From Schmidtea polychroa (Eukaryota): a stretch of 64,000 nt of DNA. Position 1 is the stretch's first letter; the number at the start of each line of letters is the position of its first letter. The notes under the pieces were generated by a model. It was not told the DNA's origin and did no database searches. It worked only from the letters and a program-made list of their open reading frames with translations. The stretch is from the NCBI GenBank assembly GCA_044892525.1, contig CM097885.1:33730001-33794000 (forward strand), written 5' to 3'. The translations under genes were made by a program, and so were the position numbers. Positions 57,579-64,000 of the stretch are shown piece by piece.

Positions 57579-57754
57579 TGCTAGAGTTTATAATTATTTT
57601 AAAATTTATTAAAACGTAAAATATTAAATATCTTGTTTAAACAAGCATTGTACTTGCCCAATTTCAAAATAAACGGGTAATTTAAAAAATATATAAAAAC
57701 AATATTATTTACTTAATTTTTGGTCATCTTTGATCTGATTCCTTTTTTGATAAT

Positions 57755-57915
57755 TCATTAATTTTCATTATGATAACAGAAAAAAAAATTTTCCATTCAA
57801 CACAAATTTTCGATACTGTCTTTATCAAGTGCAATAACTTATTGATACAGATAGTGCCGAAAATTTGTTTTGCATTGGAATTTTAATTTAGATCTTTTGT
57901 CATAATGAGAATAAA
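57755..57915. repeat. Degenerate head-to-head palindrome with a hammerhead-variant core (related to family 2)
   Basis: Minus: CAC TTGATAA A GAC AGT ATC GAAA ATTT GTG; plus: TTGATACAGATAGTGCCGAAAATTTGT; flanking arms inverted. Confidence 0.45.
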
Positions 57916-60813
57916 TAAAATATTAAATGACTTTAGTTTCACTTTATTTTTAGAATATTGATAATGATTCATAAATTGAGATCAATTGAAAATAAAAGCG
58001 ACGGAGGTAAAAAAGAATCAAAAGTCACTAAAATAAACATTAAATTCTTTTTGAGGAAAATGACACAAATTCGATAATCAAATAGAAAATGATTGAATTT
58101 GAAATTTAATAAAACAAATTAAATAAATGAAATAATAATAATATTTCAATTGGTTACAGTAATAATTTTATTTTTTTATTTTTTGTTTTCAATGGTACTT
58201 TTAGAAAATATCATTTTTATGATATATTTTTATGAAATATTTATAAATGTTCATAGTTGAAATTCACAATTATCCGGATTTAGACTTAATATAAACAAAT
58301 AAATAAGAAAAGAAAAGCTGTTATCAGATATGATATCAGGAACTTTGAAATATGGCTTCAAAGTTGCTCAGAAAGTTCCGTAGTTTTCATTAGGTCAATT
58401 GTCTTATTCATATTAATACTACTTGCATTGAAATCATTAAATGTTAATTTTTTATAATACATTTTAATTCATAAAAAGCTTGGGTTACTCAATTATTCTC
58501 ATTACCCTTACTATCAAAATATCAAAATTGTTTCTAGAAAGATTTTCCACTGAAATTTGGTCTTCCAATTAAGGAGAACTGTTTGTTTAAAAACAGAATT
58601 TTATATTTAAATTACATAAAATTAATAAGTAATTATTAATTAGACAAGTATTATAATATCAGTTTTATAATATAAAATATATTTAATGCAGGATATTCTT
58701 ATAAGCTCTATAATATAGAGGCTACAAAGCCATATTATAAATTAACTCTTAATAATGTCTGCGATAAAAAATTTAAATAATTTCTTTAGACTTTAAATTT
58801 TAATTTAACTTAATTTAATTTTTTTCATTGATTATTCCAATTTATATTTTTTTCACTACTATTTTATCCTAAAACCATTTGCTTTTATTTATTTTATTAT
58901 AAATTGTATAGTAGATATTTTATTTATTTAAAATTAGATTAAAACAATCCGATAATTTTAATATTAATTTTCGTATTTCTGACTAAGAGTCACTAATATG
59001 TATGGGCAAATGCGTAGAGCTCTATAAATATTATTCTACTTATATACAAATTTAATCTGGCAAAGGATTTGTAATTAATTAAAAGTTATAAATAATTTAT
59101 GAACAAGCTAATTGAGCATGAAACCTAGATAAGATTTATAGAAGAATATTTCTTTTCTAACTATTTCTAGATTGAATTCATTATTTTTACAAATTTTGAC
59201 TTTTCATTATTGATAATTATTGATAATTATTGATAATTATTCAACTAATTTGTAAAATTACATGTGAACTCTCTCAATTATGTTAAAAGGAGCATCGAAA
59301 AACATCAAATTTGATTTAATTATAAGTTTAAAACAAAAATAGACATGAAAATAATATAAATTTCTCCAGTAATAATTATAAAAAAATAAAAATAAAAATA
59401 TTTAAAGATAAAAAAATGAAATTTAAATTAATTTATTGTCATCTAATTTTCTCTAATTGATGATAAATAAACAAGAGTTTATTAATATTTAATGAAATGT
59501 GTTGTTTAAGTGATTATAGGGTCTTTAGTTTATTATTATTAATAAATCATAATTTATTAAATATTTTAGTTCAATCATTGAAGCTCATAAATTGTGAAGG
59601 GTGATAATTTATTAATACAACCATTCAGCACACCAGTCCTGTACACCATTAATGGTTAGAATGAGCTTCTCCTATTTTTTATTGAACAAAATTGAAATTA
59701 TCTATTTCATCCATTCTCTAAATGTATCCCAATTAAATATCTAAATTAATTTATATTATATATGAGAAAAATATTTATCACTGAAGAAATTATTTATTAA
59801 AAATTTTATATTTAAATGGAAATCTCCTCAAAGTTTTGTTAACACAAACCGACCGTTGTATATTGACATTAATAAGTAGATAAATATTTGGACATGTTTC
59901 ATCTTTTTATTAAATTAAATTAAATTTTAAACCTTCAATGAAAATATATATATATATATTTTTAAATATTCATTTTAATGAAAATGATAATTATTGGAAG
60001 TCATAGTGATAGCATTAATATGAAAAATTACAACGTATAATAACATTTATTAAAAAACAAAACTAGATAAAATTTGATAATTGTAGAAATTCCACAAGTT
60101 AAAATGATAATTATTTAATTAAACAATAAAAAACAAAACTCGAACAATATCAGAGAATATTAAAGGTTTTACTTTAATTAAAAGATTAATTAAATAAAAG
60201 GTCAAAATAGAAGTATAAGAGAGATGATAAAATGTCTTTAAAATAACCATTTGTCTAAATATAATGTAAAAGAGATAAAGTTTATGGGAAATATTAATTA
60301 AATTTATAATGGATATATAACGTTCAATCAGTTTAAACAATATTTCAATGAAATTATAACAGTTAAAAATATCACAAACATTTTACAATAAATACATTCT
60401 TAGTATCTATTTTTAATTATTTGAGGTTATATAAGATCAGAAGCTATATTAAATCAAATAAATTAAAATAGGCGATCTTTAGATCTTTTTTTATTCGGGA
60501 AAACTTGGAGATAAATATATAAAAAATCTTCTAATAATTTTGGAAATAAAATATTTTCAAATTGAAAGAAGTTCCTAAAAGGTGTAGATGTTAAAATTAG
60601 ACCTTATTAATTACTTATCGTCAGAGAGAAAAACATTACTCATATTTTTGTTATATGGATTAAATTAATATTTAATTCATATATTGTAATTTAAAAGTTT
60701 TTATTGTAAAGAATTTAAAATTAACATAATTTAAAATTGTTTCAATAATACTTATTTTTTTTGAATTATTTCTTTTAACTATTTTTTATTTTATAATTTT
60801 ATAGAAATATAAC

Positions 60814-61900
60814 ATGGCGTCACGAGCAAACAAAGAATACTTACAAGAATTTCTATTTAATGAAAGTCTCTCAAAGTTGAAAGTCTTCAAGAGATACGGT
60901 AACGAAACGATTGAAAAACATTTGAAGAAAGTACAAGATTTTGTAAAGCAGTTCGGGAAACATAATTTAGTAACAGCAGACGAAGAAAAGGAGGTTTTCC
61001 TAAAATACTTCGAAGAAGATGTAATAAAGGAAGTAGACTGCATGGCAGAGAAAGATGCAGAAACGTCAATAGATAAGATTACGAAACTACTGAGTGAAAA
61101 GAAGTCGAAAACTTCGGTTATAGTCAATATATTAAATGATACAATATAAGAAAGAAACGATAGTACCAAAAGAATACGATTACGATGTATGGCGTACGAC
61201 TGACACTAGGAAAGAATGATGAGTCAAGCTTTTATCGAAAGGTTACGGCATAATTTGCTTTCAGCAGCCCTGAGAATTAGACAGCCGAAAATATTAGAAG
61301 AAGCTGTGGAAGACAAAGGTATGAGAACAGTGGAAGAAGGACATCAGCTGAAGAAGAACAGTTCCTCAGATCAACGAACAATACAAGAGAAATACAAAGA
61401 TTGATGCAGATTATAGAAAATTTGAAGGCGCAAGGAACACGGTCTGGAAACGATGTGACTCTTACACAAGAATGGCGGATCGTAAGTGTTACAAATGTAA
61501 TGAACTAGGTCACATAGCCCGATTCTGTAAGAAACAAGAATGGATAAAACCAAAAGAGGAACGAACTTGTTACCAGTACGGCAAGAAAGATCTCATTTCA
61601 GCTAATTGCCGAGGTAATATGAACGGCGCAAATAGTGGAATGAAATGTTTTGAGTGTGGTGTAGCGCACCAAGCGAGATTCTGAGATAAAAGGAACAAGT
61701 TTAGGTATCTCCAAGAAGAATGCGAGGAAGATATAAGAACTGAAATTACAGATACAGTAGATTCAGAAGAACAGAGAAATAACTGTGCCGCAATGACAAA
61801 GGATAGTTGGAGTGAGCAAAGAACAGCAAAGATGATAAAAGGTCTTTCGACAAAACCAACATTGGAAGAGAAATCTGCTAACTTTATCTTATTATATAAC
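60814..61900 (+). mobile_element. Gypsy-like gag pseudogene with CCHC zinc knuckles
   Basis: CYKCNELGHIARFC plus two decayed knuckles (CYQYGKKDLISANC, CFECGVAHQARF); broken into several ORFs by stops and frameshifts. Confidence 0.8.
60815..60828 (+). promoter_or_regulatory. Primer binding site, probably tRNA-Ser(CGA)
   Basis: TAACA|TGGCGTCACGAGCA: LTR-like CA end followed by TGG and the complement of a ...CGTGACG-CCA tRNA 3' end. Confidence 0.55.
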
Positions 61901-62339
61901 AATTTGACAATCATAGGAATATAAATTGATGTATATAGAATTAGAGAAGATTTGGTTGAAAAATTTAGCAGGTTTCTTTATGGAGACCTTATAAGGAGAC
62001 AAAATAGTTAAATATTCTTAATTAGTAAAAGTTGGATTAAAAAAACTAATTTAAAATGATTATTACCAGCTTGGTCCAAAGCCGCTAGCAGTTAGAATGA
62101 TTAAATACATGTAAATTCGTTAATTTTGAGACATTTATTCGTTGCAATTAATGAAATTGTGATTATATTACGCAAACTTTTTATGGAATTATAAGTTTAT
62201 GATTTGCTGAGTATTTTCCATTCAGTTGTGGACACAGATAGTCAGAAATGAATTCAAATGAAAACCAAACAATATTTTTATTCTTGTATTTCATATATTT
62301 ACAATTTGTTGGTTTTATTATCTTTTTACTCTCTTTATA

Positions 62340-62570
62340 CTATCTTCACTTTGTATATATGTTTGAATGTTTGTATGAGCCACCCGAATCTTGAGACGGG
62401 AAATTAACAAACTTCCCGTGATTGAATCGAGCTGAAATTTTGCACATAGATTCATCGTCTGGAACAATGTATTCTTTCAAAATTTCAGAAAGTACTATAA
62501 TTAACATTTTTGATCACCAATCCCAATGGAGGAAGGTTAACCTCTAAAATTTAAACTTTTAACGATTTTG
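62340..62570 (+). mobile_element. Possible non-autonomous Helitron/Helentron-type fragment
   Basis: GTAT/GTTT-rich tract followed by GAGCTGAAATTTTGCACA, a layout typical of such elements; ends unresolved. Confidence 0.3.
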
Positions 62571-63477
62571 TGAATTTTTTAAATATTTTCACCACTGACT
62601 AACTGAATATTAATAAATATTAATAAAAAATATTAATAAAAAATATTAATAAAAAATATTAATAAAATGTTCTTTTTGAATTAATTTCTTAACTATGTGA
62701 GTTTGCGTAATATTAAATATTTCATAGCATTGAGCACGCATATTGAATTTTTAATTTTAGAGAATGTAAAAAGTAAAATATAGAGAGTTTTAAAAACTAT
62801 GTTTTTACGATTAGTGTTTTTCTTTTAAATTATATTTATTCAAATTGATTGATGAAAATATTAATTGCATCTTATAACTTCATCAACAAATTGCAGAAAC
62901 ATTTCAAAATAACCTTTGATAAAACCTTAACAACTACTATGAGATTATGAAAAGTATTAAAAATATTAAATATTATTAAAAATAATAAATGATAATTTAA
63001 TTAATCAACTATTGAAGTATCCCTTCACCTTGCTGAAATTGGTATTTTATATTTTATTAAATAGAGAGATTTATAAAAGAAGGTGGAATAATTATTGAAA
63101 ACTTAAGGACGCCTAAACACATTTGAAGTCAGGTAAAATAATTATATTGATATGAGTCTATTAATCACTAGAAATCAAGGAAATAACAGAATAAAATAAA
63201 ACATATTAAACTGTTTCAAAATAATTTAATTAAATAATTAAAAACCTATACAATTAATTTATAATTAACAATAATAATAAATGAGATTTTATCCTGTGTC
63301 TTACTGTTTTTTGTATACAAATATCTTTGGAAATTTAAATATTTAAAGTTTTCCGTTTTCATTATTAATCTTATATTTTTATTATATTTATCTAATGTCT
63401 TTTATTAATGCATTGAAAAAGCAAATAAATATTTTAATAAAAACAAAGATCTTTAATTATTTTTTATTAATAATTAG

Positions 63478-63721
63478 TACCGGAAGTACATTTCACACGT
63501 TATATTGGACTCTTTTCGGTCAATCATCTAACAATTCTACTATGATAGACGGAAATATGGGACTAAGCTATCCTGGACAATCAACACTTCATGTTTCAGA
63601 TAGTTCCTTTCTAATTAGTACGGTGGGGAGCTTTCTGTATGGAACATATTGTGCAATTGTTATTATTATTCTTCTTAATATGTTAATTGCTATGATGAGC
63701 AAATCGTTTGATGAAATTCAA
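63478..63721 (+). CDS. TRPC: TRPC-family channel, exon H (pore helix, filter, S6)
   Basis: aattag|TGSTFHTLYWTLFGQ...VGSFLYGTYCAIVIIILLNMLIAMMSKSFDEIQ|gtaaga; LLNMLIAMM S6 motif; phase 2/0 joins exon G in frame. Confidence 0.95.
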
Positions 63722-63971
63722 GTAAGATATTATTTTACCTGTGTAAATTTAATAGAACTTATACAGTTGATATTTATTTGTCATTATAATTTATATACGG
63801 ACTGCTGCTGGGGGACATTTGTTGACAAAACACATTCAATATTTCTTTGATATTAGTTATTATTAGTTAAATGTTATTTAATTAGATTAATTAATACCAT
63901 TTTAACACAAGTATTTGTATATATGATCACATGTAACTAGGAAAGATGCAGACTCAACATTAATCCAAATT

Positions 63972-64000
63972 CTTTCTTTTCTTTACTCTGCAGCCAAATC
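63972..64000 (+). other. Probable splice acceptor of the next TRPC exon (exon would start at 63994)
   Basis: Long polypyrimidine tract ending ctgcag; only 7 nt of the putative exon are in the window. Confidence 0.35.

Noticed and set aside
63395..63850. 151-aa ORF as a standalone gene (likewise 46171, 50399, 52879)
   Set aside because: These are TRPC exons read through intron sequence or in the wrong frame.

Overview
Very AT-rich, microsatellite-laden animal genomic DNA with GT-AG introns. Composition and repeat content suggest a planarian-like flatworm, but that is inference only. The backbone is the middle of a large + strand TRPC-family cation channel gene: eight phase-consistent exons between 31,731 and 63,721 run from the post-ankyrin linker to S6. 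The ankyrin exons and the TRP box lie outside the window. The introns and the exon-free region upstream contain an intronless antisense ORC4 pseudogene, a probable decayed antisense cadherin-like gene, two solo LTRs with TSDs, a truncated LTR, a Gypsy gag remnant with a PBS, hAT, Chapaev3, pogo, piggyBac and Sola-like elements, and MITEs. The most notable signal is at least three families of short, microsatellite-embedded elements carrying minimal type I hammerhead ribozymes (Penelope pLTR/retrozyme-like). One family has a canonical core in an apparently circularly permuted unit of about 380 nt. Two have U3-A8 covariant cores, often arranged head-to-head. The best-preserved cores are antisense to the TRPC transcript.
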